Assembly: GCA_001773575.1 (NCBI GenBank)
Contig: MEXB01000008.1
Location: 2,141-66,140, forward strand
Source: Candidatus Adlerbacteria bacterium RIFOXYC1_FULL_48_26
GTDB taxonomy: Bacteria; Patescibacteriota; Minisyncoccia; Phycocordibacterales; SBAW01
Length of the DNA: 64,000 nt
Reading direction: 5' to 3'
Below the pieces are notes generated by a model. It saw nothing but the letters and a program-made list of their open reading frames with translations. It was not told where the DNA came from and ran no database searches. Made by a program: the position numbers and the translations under genes. Shown in pieces: positions 18,211 through 28,060 of the stretch. How positions within the stretch are numbered: the stretch's first letter is position 1; every line of letters starts with the position of its first letter.

Positions 18211-18624
18211 TTATACAAGGCGAGCCATCCGGTCTATAAACCAGAATTTTATCGTCATTACCAATAGTCCGGCTAGGATCATGGGGATCAAATTCTGTTC
18301 CCAGGCGAAATAGATAAACATAAAAAACACAGGCACGTTCAAAACATTTAGTAATGTTGGAAGATCTTTCTTAAATTTTTTTCCAGCTTTGTAATACACT
18401 TGTTCCCCGCGTACACCTCTACTCATCCAACTATCCACATTTTTCGGCTTTGGAAACAGCATAGGATTAACGATAAGCCAGATACCTGTTGCGCCAAGTA
18501 TCCACCAGTTATGTAGATATAACCCTGCGGCAAGTGCGGGCATGCTTAGAACGCGACTCCATCCGCTCCAAGGGTTTGCATGTCGTTCCCAAGTTTTTTC
18601 AGTAAGTATTGCCATATGTTTCAA
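18211..18624 (-). CDS. DUF6653-like membrane protein
   Basis: WERHANPWSGWSR, NPMLFPKP, KFWFIDRM. Confidence 0.7.
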   Translation of the reverse strand: MKHMAILTEKTWERHANPWSGWSRVLSMPALAAGLYLHNWWILGATGIWLIVNPMLFPKPKNVDSWMSRGVRGEQVYYKAGKKFKKDLPTLLNVLNVPVFFMFIYFAWEQNLIPMILAGLLVMTIKFWFIDRMARLV

Positions 18625-18640
18625 CTTCCAGTTTCGTATA

Positions 18641-19195
18641 TTAAATACTACGAGCTAGTAATACTATGACCAGTATACCGAGAGAGTTAAGGACGAATGT
18701 AAGAGTTATAAATTGCCACAGCTTTATTCGAGACAGCCCCATAAGCGCTATACCTATCTCGTCTGGAAATGGAGACGCGATGATGATGGCTCCAATCACA
18801 GGAGCGAGCCACGCAAAGTACGGAGTTCCTAAAAGAGTAGTGATGTAGCCGCCCCCGTATCGACGGAACAGCGGTCGCAACTCTTCAAACACACCGTCTT
18901 TTAGAAAACGAAATATAAGTAAGTCTCCTATGACGGCCCCCATTCCTGCGCATATAGCTATAAGTCCGGGATTAAAATTTTGCGAAAGGTGAAACAACAC
19001 CACTGAAGCAGGTGCAACAGTAAATGTTGATACAAAAAATATTCCTGCTATCAATGCACCGAGATATCCGTAACTCCCAATTTCTTTTATAAGTGCGTGT
19101 GCTATGTCAGTATCTGAAACAAGAAAAAGAACGACGAGGCTCAGGATGAGCAGGCTCGTGTTTCTATACTTCCACTTGCGCGAAGTTTTTTTCAT
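18641..19195 (-). CDS. DedA/VTT-like membrane protein
   Basis: Multi-TM; STFTVAP, IASPFPDE. Confidence 0.6.
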   Translation of the reverse strand: MKKTSRKWKYRNTSLLILSLVVLFLVSDTDIAHALIKEIGSYGYLGALIAGIFFVSTFTVAPASVVLFHLSQNFNPGLIAICAGMGAVIGDLLIFRFLKDGVFEELRPLFRRYGGGYITTLLGTPYFAWLAPVIGAIIIASPFPDEIGIALMGLSRIKLWQFITLTFVLNSLGILVIVLLARSI

Positions 19196-19248
19196 CTCTT
19201 AAATTCTACCAGACCAAAACGAGCTGGGTGTGTGGTACGAAGTTGGAA

Positions 19249-19518
19249 CTAAGGACTTTCTAAGTAGTGTGTTAATTGCTTTTGTAAATATTTTCTACCC
19301 GAACCGCCTTTTAAAAATCTTTCTCTGCCTAGGGCGTCTTGTTTATTGAGATACGCCTCTGCATATATAAGTTTCCAAGAACCTTTTTCTTTAAGGGAAG
19401 TGGTACGCCCTCCTATTCCAGAATTATGTTCGAATAGGCGACGTTTAAGATTATTGGTTTGTCCTATGTACCAAGATTTATCATTTTGGTTTTCTAAAAG
19501 ATAAACGGTATGCATCAT
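19249..19518 (-). CDS. small GIY-YIG nuclease
   Basis: VYLL...WYIGQT..L.RRL.EHN, YAEAY, A..RE.FLK. Confidence 0.88.
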   Translation of the reverse strand: MMHTVYLLENQNDKSWYIGQTNNLKRRLFEHNSGIGGRTTSLKEKGSWKLIYAEAYLNKQDALGRERFLKGGSGRKYLQKQLTHYLESP

Positions 19519-19560
19519 GCATAAGGATACATATGTTAGATAGAGAAAAGATAAATTAGT

Positions 19561-19695
19561 GTGTGGCCCCGAAAAACTCGCTGCGCTCGTCTCGGGGCGC
19601 ACGAAAAACAAAAAGCCCTTCGGGGCTTTTTGTGTCGTGACATGCCTATGTGGCCTGCCACGAGGAAAATAGCTTTGCTATTTTCTTTTCGTGGC
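19561..19695. repeat. cluster of three hairpins between tRNA-Gln and the GIY-YIG gene
   Basis: gccccga...tcggggc; caaaaagccc-ttcg-gggctttttg; gccacga..gaaaatagc-ttt-gctattttc..tcgtggc. Confidence 0.6.
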
Positions 19696-19765
19696 TGCCC
19701 GACAGGGATTCGAACCCCAATTAACGGCTTCAAAGGCCGCTGTCCTACCATTAGACGATCGGGCA
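19692..19765 (-). tRNA. trnQ: tRNA-Gln(TTG)
   Basis: Reverse complement tgcccgatcgtctaatggtaggaca gcggc-ctTTGaa-gccgt...gttcgaatcc...gcagCCA. Confidence 0.95.
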
Positions 19766-19815
19766 ATACATCGCAAGGATAACAAATCTCTATAGTACGC
19801 GCTATACTTGAAGGT

Positions 19816-20520
19816 ATGAGTAGAACGCATTTTGAATCACACATAGGTGCTGGCTCTCGGCTCAATTGGCTACGCGCATCGGTGCTTGGCGCTCAAGACG
19901 GCGTAGTATCTGTTTCTTCTATTATTGTCGGTGTCGCTGGCGCCTCTGACTCTAGAGCTTTTATCTTAACTGCAGGTGCCGCAGGTCTTATCGCAGGCGC
20001 TCTCTCGATGGCGGCAGGGGAATATGTATCTGTTAGCACACAGCGCGACACAGAAAAAGCACTCCTTGAAAAGGAACGCGAAGAACTTGCAACACAACCA
20101 GAAGAAGAGCTCGAAGAACTCACAAAGATTTATGAATCAAAAGGTTTGAGTAGAGAAACTGCGCACAAGGTTGCAGAAGAATTAACCGCACACGATGCAT
20201 TTGCGGCGCACGTCGAAGCAGAGTTAAAAATAGATCAGCACGAGCTTGCTAACCCTCTACACGCAGCCTTTGCGTCTGCGGGCGCTTTCTTTGTGGGAGC
20301 AATCATCCCGCTTATCGTCGTGATATTCGCTCCTTCTGACTACCGCATCTCTTCTATGTTGGTGGCAGTATTCTTTGTCCTTATAATCACTGGCTTCTTG
20401 AGCGCGTATGCTGGCGGCGCCAATAAACTAAAGGCAATACTCCGTGTCTTGGCAGGAGGCGCGGTAGCGATGGCAGTTACCTTCATCGCAGGCAAGTTTT
20501 TGGGCGGACTTGGAATATAA
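19816..20520 (+). CDS. VIT1/CCC1 Fe/Mn transporter
   Basis: LRASVLGAQDG, SMAAGEYVSV. Confidence 0.92.
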   Translation: MSRTHFESHIGAGSRLNWLRASVLGAQDGVVSVSSIIVGVAGASDSRAFILTAGAAGLIAGALSMAAGEYVSVSTQRDTEKALLEKEREELATQPEEELEELTKIYESKGLSRETAHKVAEELTAHDAFAAHVEAELKIDQHELANPLHAAFASAGAFFVGAIIPLIVVIFAPSDYRISSMLVAVFFVLIITGFLSAYAGGANKLKAILRVLAGGAVAMAVTFIAGKFLGGLGI

Positions 20521-20544
20521 GTTAAAGGCATTTATAATTGCGGT

Positions 20545-21120
20545 ATGGAAAACTCATTTAAAAAGTGGCTCACGTGGCCCGTCATTATTATTGTCGTCCT
20601 CGCACTCGTCCTCCTCTACGGATTGGCGAAATACAATGGTTTGGTTAAGGCAAATATTGCAGTAGACCAGCAGTGGGCGCAGGTAGAATCTCAATACCAA
20701 CGCCGCTTTGATCTTATCCCTAACCTCGTAAATTCAGTTAAGGGTGCGATGACACAAGAACAAACTGTGTTTAATGCAATAGCAGAGGCTCGCACTAAGT
20801 ATGCTGGCGCAACAACTCCAGAAGCACAGGCTCAAGCTGCTGGTCAGGTTGAAGGCTCATTGGCCCGCCTGCTTGTTGTGATGGAAAACTATCCTCAATT
20901 GAAATCTATTGATGCAGTACAGGGTTTGATGGCAGAACTTGCTGGTACAGAAAACCGCGTTGCAGTTGAGCGCATGCGTTACAACGATATGGTTGCAAGC
21001 TACAACATTGGCGTAAAGACCTTCCCAGGTTCGCTTATAGCGGGAATGTTCGGCTTCGATGCGCGTACACTCTTTGAAGCAACGGAAGGTTCAGAAACTC
21101 CTCCAACAGTAAACCTCTAA
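20545..21120 (+). CDS. lemA: LemA family protein
   Basis: QRRFDLIPNLV, ENYPQLK, ENRVAVER..YN. Confidence 0.93.
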   Translation: MENSFKKWLTWPVIIIVVLALVLLYGLAKYNGLVKANIAVDQQWAQVESQYQRRFDLIPNLVNSVKGAMTQEQTVFNAIAEARTKYAGATTPEAQAQAAGQVEGSLARLLVVMENYPQLKSIDAVQGLMAELAGTENRVAVERMRYNDMVASYNIGVKTFPGSLIAGMFGFDARTLFEATEGSETPPTVNL

Positions 21121-21121
21121 T

Positions 21122-22003
21122 ATGAGAAACGGGCTCGCTATAGCGCTGGCACTAACCGCGGCGTTCTACGCTGGGCCCGTTTTTGCGTACTCGTCACCGG
21201 GTAACCCTACTGGCTATGTAAACGACTTCGCTCGTGTGCTTTCAGCAGACACGATCCAAAACCTCAATGCAGAACTGAGCGCGTTTGAAGCATCTACTTC
21301 GAACCAGATTGCTGTTGTCACCGTTCCAAATATGGGAGGCGACTATGTTGAGAACTATGCAGAAAAACTCTATCAAGAATGGGGTATAGGGCAAAAAGAT
21401 AGAGACAATGGCGTGCTTCTATTGCTCGCGATAGAAGAACATAAAATCCGAATTGAAGTCGGGTACGGCCTTGAAGGTGCACTGCCAGACAGCATTGCAC
21501 AAAGCATCATCAGTAATGATCTCACCCCAAATCTTAAAGAAGGGAAATTTGACGAAGGAGTAACGCAGGCGGTGCGCAATATCGAAGCCGCAACACAGAA
21601 TGAATATACGGCTGTAGAAAAAAAATCTAAATTTTCTTTTTCTGGTAATACAGTAGAAGTCATATTCTTCGTAGTCTTCTTTATGGTGCAGTGGATTGCT
21701 GCTGTCTTGGCTCGAAGCAAGTCATGGTGGGCCGGCGGCATTGTTGGTGGAGCTATTGCAGCGGGTATGTGGATTTTCTTCAGCATGATGCTGTTGTGGG
21801 GCGCACTATTGTTTGTTGGGCTCGCCGGCATTGGCTTCCTGCTCGACTACATAGTTTCGAAAAAATACACTGAAGCAAAAGATGCAGGTACTACCTTGCC
21901 ATGGTTTTTTGGCGGAGGAGGCGGTAGTGGAAATAGTGGCGGAGGCTTCGGAGGTTTTGGCGGCGGCTCGTCAGGTGGTGGTGGCTCATCCGGAGGTTGG
22001 TAA
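21122..22003 (+). CDS. TPM-domain membrane protein
   Basis: VNDFA, WGIG..DNGVL, IEVGYGLEG, Gly-rich tail. Confidence 0.9.
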   Translation: MRNGLAIALALTAAFYAGPVFAYSSPGNPTGYVNDFARVLSADTIQNLNAELSAFEASTSNQIAVVTVPNMGGDYVENYAEKLYQEWGIGQKDRDNGVLLLLAIEEHKIRIEVGYGLEGALPDSIAQSIISNDLTPNLKEGKFDEGVTQAVRNIEAATQNEYTAVEKKSKFSFSGNTVEVIFFVVFFMVQWIAAVLARSKSWWAGGIVGGAIAAGMWIFFSMMLLWGALLFVGLAGIGFLLDYIVSKKYTEAKDAGTTLPWFFGGGGGSGNSGGGFGGFGGGSSGGGGSSGGW

Positions 22004-22004
22004 A

Positions 22005-22035
22005 AAGAAAAGGCGATCCGAAGATCGCCTTTTGT
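22005..22035. terminator. bidirectional terminator
   Basis: aaaaggcgatc-cgaa-gatcgcctttt. Confidence 0.75.
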
Positions 22036-22044
22036 ATTTTGTCG

Positions 22045-22428
22045 TTACCGTATGGGTGAACCTGCCTGCCGCAGAACAGCTTCGTCGAGCGCCATCTTCA
22101 GCTGCAGTCTTCCCCAGGGCTTCAAAAGAAACAGGGCATTCAGTTTAAGCGTTTCTGCCTCGATGGCGCTGCCTGACTGGATGATGACAGGGATGTCCTG
22201 GATTTCTTTGTAGAAAGGATCCGTGCGGATCTTCCTTGCCACGTCCAGACCGCGCATGTCGGACCCGGTGTCGTTGTCGGTCAAAATCAGGTCGAAGGTG
22301 TTGCGACCCAATTCCACCAAAAGATCCTCTGCTTTGTCGACCGCCACCACTGTGTGGCCAAACTTGCCAAGCAGCGTAATCACTGCCTCGCGAATCTCCT
22401 GCTCGTCCTCTGCAAATAGCACGCGCAC
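22045..22428 (-). CDS. orphan single-domain response regulator (receiver)
   Basis: LFAEDE, ILTD, IIQSG, LLKPW. Confidence 0.8.
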   Translation of the reverse strand: MRVLFAEDEQEIREAVITLLGKFGHTVVAVDKAEDLLVELGRNTFDLILTDNDTGSDMRGLDVARKIRTDPFYKEIQDIPVIIQSGSAIEAETLKLNALFLLKPWGRLQLKMALDEAVLRQAGSPIR

Positions 22429-22525
22429 AGCTTTCTCCCATGTAAAGAACCGACGATAACTATCATAATAACATATTTTACTAGTTTAGTCCAGTGGTCA
22501 AAACCTTTGATATAATCGGAAACAT

Positions 22526-23170
22526 ATGTGGAAAGTTGTTTTAGGATTTTCGGGAGCAATTCTCGCACTTAGTGGTGGGTACTGGTATTTATCAGGAACA
22601 CCTCCCGTGCAACAGCCTGGCGCAGCGCAGGCAACAAGCACCGTGCGCGTCGCATCTACTACAGAGCCTAACGTTATTAAAGACCAACCTATGACTGTCA
22701 CACTACACACAAACAAGGGCAATATTTCAATAATGCTCTTCGCAACTATTGCACCTAATACTGTGGCGAACTTTACAAAACTCGCGGGCGAAGGCTTCTA
22801 TGATGGAGTAAAATTCCATCGCGTTATAGAAGGCTTTATGGACCAAGCTGGCGACCCTCTTACAAAAGATGATTCACAAAAGGCGCGATGGGGAACAGGC
22901 GGTCCTGGCTACACCATCCCTGACGAAATTTCAGCAAATATGGGTAACCTTGCAGGCACGATAGCAATGGCAAACACTGGTCAGCCAAATTCTGCTGGAA
23001 GCCAATTCTTTATCAACGTAGTCGACAACCACTTCCTTGATGGCAAATACACCGTGTTTGGCAAAGTTACAGAAGGTATGGACGTTGTTGAGGCAATCAA
23101 TAAAGTAAAGACAGCAAACGAGCGACCTTTGGAGCCTGTGATAATCAACAGTGTTAGCCTGACGCAATAG
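22526..23170 (+). CDS. cyclophilin-type peptidyl-prolyl isomerase
   Basis: FHRVIEGFM.Q.GDP, AMAN, GSQFFIN, YTVFGKV. Confidence 0.93.
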   Translation: MWKVVLGFSGAILALSGGYWYLSGTPPVQQPGAAQATSTVRVASTTEPNVIKDQPMTVTLHTNKGNISIMLFATIAPNTVANFTKLAGEGFYDGVKFHRVIEGFMDQAGDPLTKDDSQKARWGTGGPGYTIPDEISANMGNLAGTIAMANTGQPNSAGSQFFINVVDNHFLDGKYTVFGKVTEGMDVVEAINKVKTANERPLEPVIINSVSLTQ

Positions 23171-23172
23171 TT

Positions 23173-23904
23173 GTGAAGACTCTGTTTTTCGTCGTACTCA
23201 TCCTAATGCTTGCGGCAGCCCCGCTTACGTATTGGGGTTGTGTGTTTCTTCAGAAATACCAGATATCTCGTGCGTTGATAGCAAACACGACTCCGTATAC
23301 ACAGCTAAGCAATAACTACTCAAAAACACTGCTTGTCTTAGGCGACAGTACAGGGGTAGGAGTCGGTGCTATGCGCCCAGAAGACTCAGTTGCTGGCCGC
23401 CTCGCCGCTTCTGTGGGTGCAAGCTATGTAGAAAACCGGGCAGTGTCAGGCGCTGTCGTTGCAGATATAGCAGAACAATTTGCATCTGCGACATTAACGA
23501 AATACGACATTATCTTAATTCAGGTTGGAGGTAACGATATAGTGCGTTTTCATAATCCAAAAGCGATGGCTGAAAAATTATCGCCCAGTATCCATAAGGC
23601 GGTTGCGCACAGCGGTAAAACAATTTTAATGTCTGCAGGAAATGTGGGGGCTACGACAAATTTCCCAGAACCTATGCGTCCTTTCTATACAAAACTCACT
23701 TTAAAATTTCATGACGCCTTCAGTGCTATGGCAGACAAAGAGGGTGCTGTGTATGTCAATTTGTATGAATCACCCAAGAGTGATCCCTTCCGTGCCGATC
23801 CTGACACGTACCTAGCAATAGATGGTTTCCACCCCTCATCAGAAGGGTACGGGTTGTGGTTTGAGCGTCTAGAGGCTACAGTGCAAGAACATGAAGCAAA
23901 ATAA
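23173..23904 (+). CDS. SGNH/GDSL hydrolase
   Basis: LGDST, GGND, DGFHP. Confidence 0.88.
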   Translation: MKTLFFVVLILMLAAAPLTYWGCVFLQKYQISRALIANTTPYTQLSNNYSKTLLVLGDSTGVGVGAMRPEDSVAGRLAASVGASYVENRAVSGAVVADIAEQFASATLTKYDIILIQVGGNDIVRFHNPKAMAEKLSPSIHKAVAHSGKTILMSAGNVGATTNFPEPMRPFYTKLTLKFHDAFSAMADKEGAVYVNLYESPKSDPFRADPDTYLAIDGFHPSSEGYGLWFERLEATVQEHEAK

Positions 23905-24616
23905 GATCTATATATATGGACGCCACGCGCTTACAGAGGCGCTTAGGAACGTTCCACTAGCTGTGCGTCACGTCTACTTTGCGAAGGAGATGAAAGACGG
24001 AACCCTAAGACGGCTTGCACAGCAAAGCGGTTTGCCTGTAGAGATACTCGACCCTCGCAAGGCAACATCATGGGTTGAACGCAATGCTCCGCATCAAGGT
24101 GCAGTGGCTCTTATCTCGCTTTCAAACATTTTGATTCCATATGAAAAATGGCAGCCTGCTGACACATCAAAACCTTTGGTGCTTCTCAATGAGGTTATAG
24201 ACCCACAAAACGTTGGGGCGGTTATTCGTTCAGCTGCTGCGTTTGGTGCAGGCGCTGTGCTTATGCCAACGGTAAAGCAAGCACCTATCAGTGGTGCGGT
24301 TATTAAAGCGTCCGCTGGTCTGGCGTTTACTGTACCGCTTGTGTCTATTTCAAACTTACAGCAAACAATTTCTGATCTAAAAAAGAAGGGCTACCGTGTC
24401 TACGGTTTGGCGGGCGAGGGTAAAAACCCACTCCACACAGAACCATTTGATAAACCAGTAGTGTTTATTATGGGTAATGAAGCTCAAGGGTTAGGAAAAG
24501 TTATGCAGCTTTGCGATAAAGTTATTTCTATTCCGATTGAACCAAACGCAGAGTCTCTCAATGTTGCAGCTGCGGCAGCTATTACGCTCTACCAATGGCA
24601 CACGAAGAATCGCTAA
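23891..24616 (+). CDS. TrmH/SpoU (RlmB-like) rRNA methyltransferase
   Basis: DPQNVGAVIRSA, GNEAQG, ESLNV. Confidence 0.9.
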   Translation: MKQNKIYIYGRHALTEALRNVPLAVRHVYFAKEMKDGTLRRLAQQSGLPVEILDPRKATSWVERNAPHQGAVALISLSNILIPYEKWQPADTSKPLVLLNEVIDPQNVGAVIRSAAAFGAGAVLMPTVKQAPISGAVIKASAGLAFTVPLVSISNLQQTISDLKKKGYRVYGLAGEGKNPLHTEPFDKPVVFIMGNEAQGLGKVMQLCDKVISIPIEPNAESLNVAAAAAITLYQWHTKNR

Positions 24617-25263
24617 AGGTTTTAAAAAAAGATAAACGCTTTGCTGGGCTTATAAAAAAGCACGGCGCGCCGGTTTTGAATGAGAGGGGAAATCCTTTTC
24701 AATCTCTTGTGCGTTCTATTATCTATCAGCAAGTGACTGGGAAGGCTGCTGCAACCATACTTGCTCGTTTCGAGGCGCTGTTTGCAGGCCCCGCAAAAAA
24801 GAGCGGGGTAAACAAAAAATTTCCTACACCTGAGGAGGTGCTTGCCATGCCGCTACAGAAGATGCGCGATGCAGGGCTTTCGTCACAGAAGTCTTCGTAT
24901 ATAAAAGACTTGGCCGAGAAATTTGTAGACGGCACTGTCCAACACAAGAAATTTAAAAAGATGACCAACGAGGAGGTGATAGTGCATGTCACCGCCGTAA
25001 AAGGGATAGGGGTTTGGACTGCACATATGTTTTTAATGTTCACGCTCGGACGTCTCGATGTGCTTCCAACGGGAGACTTGGGCATTCAAAAAGGATTCCA
25101 AGTTCTCTATGGTCTTAAAAAACTTCCAACCCATGAACAGATGGAAAAGCTCGCTAAAGAGTGGCGACCTCATGCATCTGTTGCGTCATGGTATCTATGG
25201 CGTGTAGCTGATGAAGCAAAACCTCAAAAGAAAATTACGAAGAAGAAAAAGCTTTCAAAATAA
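24595..25263 (+). CDS. DNA-3-methyladenine glycosylase II (AlkA/HhH-GPD)
   Basis: SIIYQQV, KGIGVWTA, DVLPTGDLG, WRP. Confidence 0.9.
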   Translation: MAHEESLKVLKKDKRFAGLIKKHGAPVLNERGNPFQSLVRSIIYQQVTGKAAATILARFEALFAGPAKKSGVNKKFPTPEEVLAMPLQKMRDAGLSSQKSSYIKDLAEKFVDGTVQHKKFKKMTNEEVIVHVTAVKGIGVWTAHMFLMFTLGRLDVLPTGDLGIQKGFQVLYGLKKLPTHEQMEKLAKEWRPHASVASWYLWRVADEAKPQKKITKKKKLSK

Positions 25264-25287
25264 GCAAAAATACGCTACCTTATAGCG

Positions 25288-26757
25288 ATGGCTAAGGGCG
25301 ATACTATAGTTCGGTTCGAGGAGGTGTCTTTTGACTTCGGACCAAAAAAGAAAATCCTTGATGAGGTGTCTTTCAACGTACGTCGTGGAGGCAAGATTAC
25401 ACTCATGGGGCAGAACGGTGCAGGTAAGAGCACCTTGTTCAAATTGCTTACAGGCGAACTTGATTTGGATTCATCAGATACAGCTGAAGGAGACATTATC
25501 GTCGAAGAGGGAATGAGCGTGGCAACAGCTCGCCAAGTTATCCCTCGCCCCGACCTGGAACTCACCATCCGTGATTTTTTCCAGAATATGTTTTCAGAGA
25601 AAAAGTACGATATCGACCCACGTATCGACAAGGTGCTTGATGCAGTAAATCTGAGCATTCCAGACCATGACCGTATCGTTAAATCATTCTCAGGTGGACA
25701 GCAGGCGCGCCTCCTTTTGGCATCTGCGCTTATTCAGGATCCAGACCTTCTGCTTTTGGACGAACCGACAAACAATCTCGACAAGGCTGGTATCGACCAC
25801 CTCAAGAAATTCCTCCAGGAATACAAGAAGACAGTTATTGTCATTTCTCACGATGCAGAATTCCTAAACTCATTTACACAGGGAGTTCTTTACTTGGACG
25901 TACATACACACAAGGTGGAGCAGTACGTCGGTAACTACTTTGACGTAGTGAAGGAAATCACAATACGTATTGAAAAAGAAAATCGCGCTAACGCCCTTCT
26001 TGCGAAGCAAATTCAAGATAATAAAGACAAAGCAAACTTCTTTGCAAACAAGGGAGGTCAGATGCGTATGGTGGCAAAGCGCATGCGCGAGAAAGCAGAA
26101 GAACTTGAAGAGGAAATTGTTGATGTTCGTAAAGAAGATCGCACCATTGCTCCCTTTGTCATTCCATCACAGCCAGACTTGATCGGCGACATTCTCACCG
26201 TCACCAGCTTCAAGACAATAAAGAATGGTAAGGAAACAAAGCGTAAGGCGGAGATAAAACTTAAGAGAAACCAGCACCTGCTTCTCCGAGGCCCTAACGG
26301 TATTGGTAAAACGACGCTACTTGAAAGTATTGTTAACGGCACCGCAGAAGGAACAACTATTCTTGAGGGCACTCGTGTGGGCTATTACCGCCAAGACTTT
26401 TCTAACTTGGATTTTGATAAAACTGTCTACCAAGAGCTCGGTGCAGTAATGGAGAAACTTATTGAAGAAGATCTGCGCCGTATGGCTGCACGGTTCTTAA
26501 TAACCGGCGACCTTGTCTATGCAAAGATCGGAAATCTCTCAGAAGGACAGAAGGGTCTTGTTGCCTTTGCGCGCTTGATGTTGCTCCGCCCGGGTCTTCT
26601 TATCCTCGACGAACCAACCAACCATATAAACTTCCGCCACATTCCTGTTATTGCTGAAGCTCTCAATAAATACGAGGGTGCAATGGTGCTCGTCTCCCAC
26701 GTCCCAGAATTCGTAGAGAAAATTCGTATGGACGAAGTTCTAGATTTGGATAAATAG
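25288..26757 (+). CDS. ABC-F family ATPase
   Basis: Two ABC domains (GQNGAGKS, GPNGIGKT; LDEPTN twice), no TM. Confidence 0.9.
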   Translation: MAKGDTIVRFEEVSFDFGPKKKILDEVSFNVRRGGKITLMGQNGAGKSTLFKLLTGELDLDSSDTAEGDIIVEEGMSVATARQVIPRPDLELTIRDFFQNMFSEKKYDIDPRIDKVLDAVNLSIPDHDRIVKSFSGGQQARLLLASALIQDPDLLLLDEPTNNLDKAGIDHLKKFLQEYKKTVIVISHDAEFLNSFTQGVLYLDVHTHKVEQYVGNYFDVVKEITIRIEKENRANALLAKQIQDNKDKANFFANKGGQMRMVAKRMREKAEELEEEIVDVRKEDRTIAPFVIPSQPDLIGDILTVTSFKTIKNGKETKRKAEIKLKRNQHLLLRGPNGIGKTTLLESIVNGTAEGTTILEGTRVGYYRQDFSNLDFDKTVYQELGAVMEKLIEEDLRRMAARFLITGDLVYAKIGNLSEGQKGLVAFARLMLLRPGLLILDEPTNHINFRHIPVIAEALNKYEGAMVLVSHVPEFVEKIRMDEVLDLDK

Positions 26758-26758
26758 A

Positions 26759-28015
26759 TTACTTCGCTGCGTGTGTGCCAGCTACGTGGCCTGTGGTCCA
26801 ACATAGTTGCAGGCTGTAGCCGCCTGAAGGTCTGTTCACGTTCAATATATCTCCTATGAGATAGAGGTTAGGGAAAAGGCGCGACTGCATCGTTTTAAAA
26901 TCTACTTCTTCGAGTACAACGCCGCCCGAGGTGATGACCGCTTTGTCCATTCCTTGTAACTTGGTTACTTCCATAGAAGCATGTTTGAGTACTTTCATAA
27001 GCAAAAGACGTACCTCGCGAGTAACGCTGTTGCATGGCGTTTCGCCGTCTATCTCTACTTCGGCCAAGAGTACGGGAACAGCGGCTGTTGGTAGTATGTC
27101 AGCCAAACTATTTTTAAGTTTCTTCTTATCGTTTGCTACAAAAATTTCTTGGAGCTTGGTGTTGAGTGCGTCGTAGGCAAGAGTTGGGCAAAAATCAATT
27201 TCCAGTACAACTTCTCCATACTTCAAAAGCTCGCCTATATCGCGGCTCATATTTAAAATAGCAGGACCACTAACGCCAACGTGGGTGAAGAGCAATTTTC
27301 CAACTTTAGAATCTTGCTTTACGTCGTTTTGGAATACACTGATTTTTACTTCTGGAACGCTCACGCCTGCGAGTTTTTTTACCCAGGCATCTTTAACTTC
27401 TACTGGCACCAGAGCAGCATTTGTTCCAGTAATGCTATGGCCGATAGCTTTGAGCCACTCATACCCATCGCCGGTTGAACCTGTTTCCGGACGCGACTTG
27501 CCTCCTGTTGCCAGGATAAACTTCTTTGCTTGGACTTCTTTTTTATTTTTAAGTATTACAGAAAGAATCTGCCCGTCTTTTGTTGTAACGCCTACGACAG
27601 GGGAATTTGAAAGTACCGTTACAGAATATTTTTTAAGGTCTGATACCAATACATCCCATACCGACTGCGCTGTATTGCTTGCTGGAAATACACGCAGAAG
27701 AGCTTCCTCTTTTGTATCCATGCCGTGGGAGTAGAAAAAGTTAAGAGTTTCTTTAGTGGCCCACTGAGAAAAGGCTGAGAAAAGGAACTTGTCACTGCCT
27801 TTGAATTTGGCTAGGAGTTTCCGCACATCCTCTTCTGCGTTGCAGACATTGCAGCGCCCGCCACCGGTTATAAGGAGCTTTTTGCCAAGGGTGGGGTTCT
27901 TCTCAATAAGAATAACCTTGGCGCCAAGTTCGGCTGCACGAATAGCTGCCATCATGCCGGCGGGGCCGCCTCCTATAACGCACACGTCCCATATCTGTTC
28001 GGCCGGGCTTTTCAT
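26759..28015 (-). CDS. HI0933/BaiN family flavoprotein
   Basis: GGGPAG, GGGRCN, STGDGY, FTHVGVSGP, GGYSLQ. Confidence 0.92.
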   Translation of the reverse strand: MKSPAEQIWDVCVIGGGPAGMMAAIRAAELGAKVILIEKNPTLGKKLLITGGGRCNVCNAEEDVRKLLAKFKGSDKFLFSAFSQWATKETLNFFYSHGMDTKEEALLRVFPASNTAQSVWDVLVSDLKKYSVTVLSNSPVVGVTTKDGQILSVILKNKKEVQAKKFILATGGKSRPETGSTGDGYEWLKAIGHSITGTNAALVPVEVKDAWVKKLAGVSVPEVKISVFQNDVKQDSKVGKLLFTHVGVSGPAILNMSRDIGELLKYGEVVLEIDFCPTLAYDALNTKLQEIFVANDKKKLKNSLADILPTAAVPVLLAEVEIDGETPCNSVTREVRLLLMKVLKHASMEVTKLQGMDKAVITSGGVVLEEVDFKTMQSRLFPNLYLIGDILNVNRPSGGYSLQLCWTTGHVAGTHAAK

Positions 28016-28060
28016 GAACGCATGCTAGCACGTTAGCCTCTGACTTTATATACTCTATGA

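Noticed and set aside
16361-19700. Integron or prophage-type island at tRNA-Gln
   Set aside because: No integrase, attC sites or convincing tRNA-end duplication
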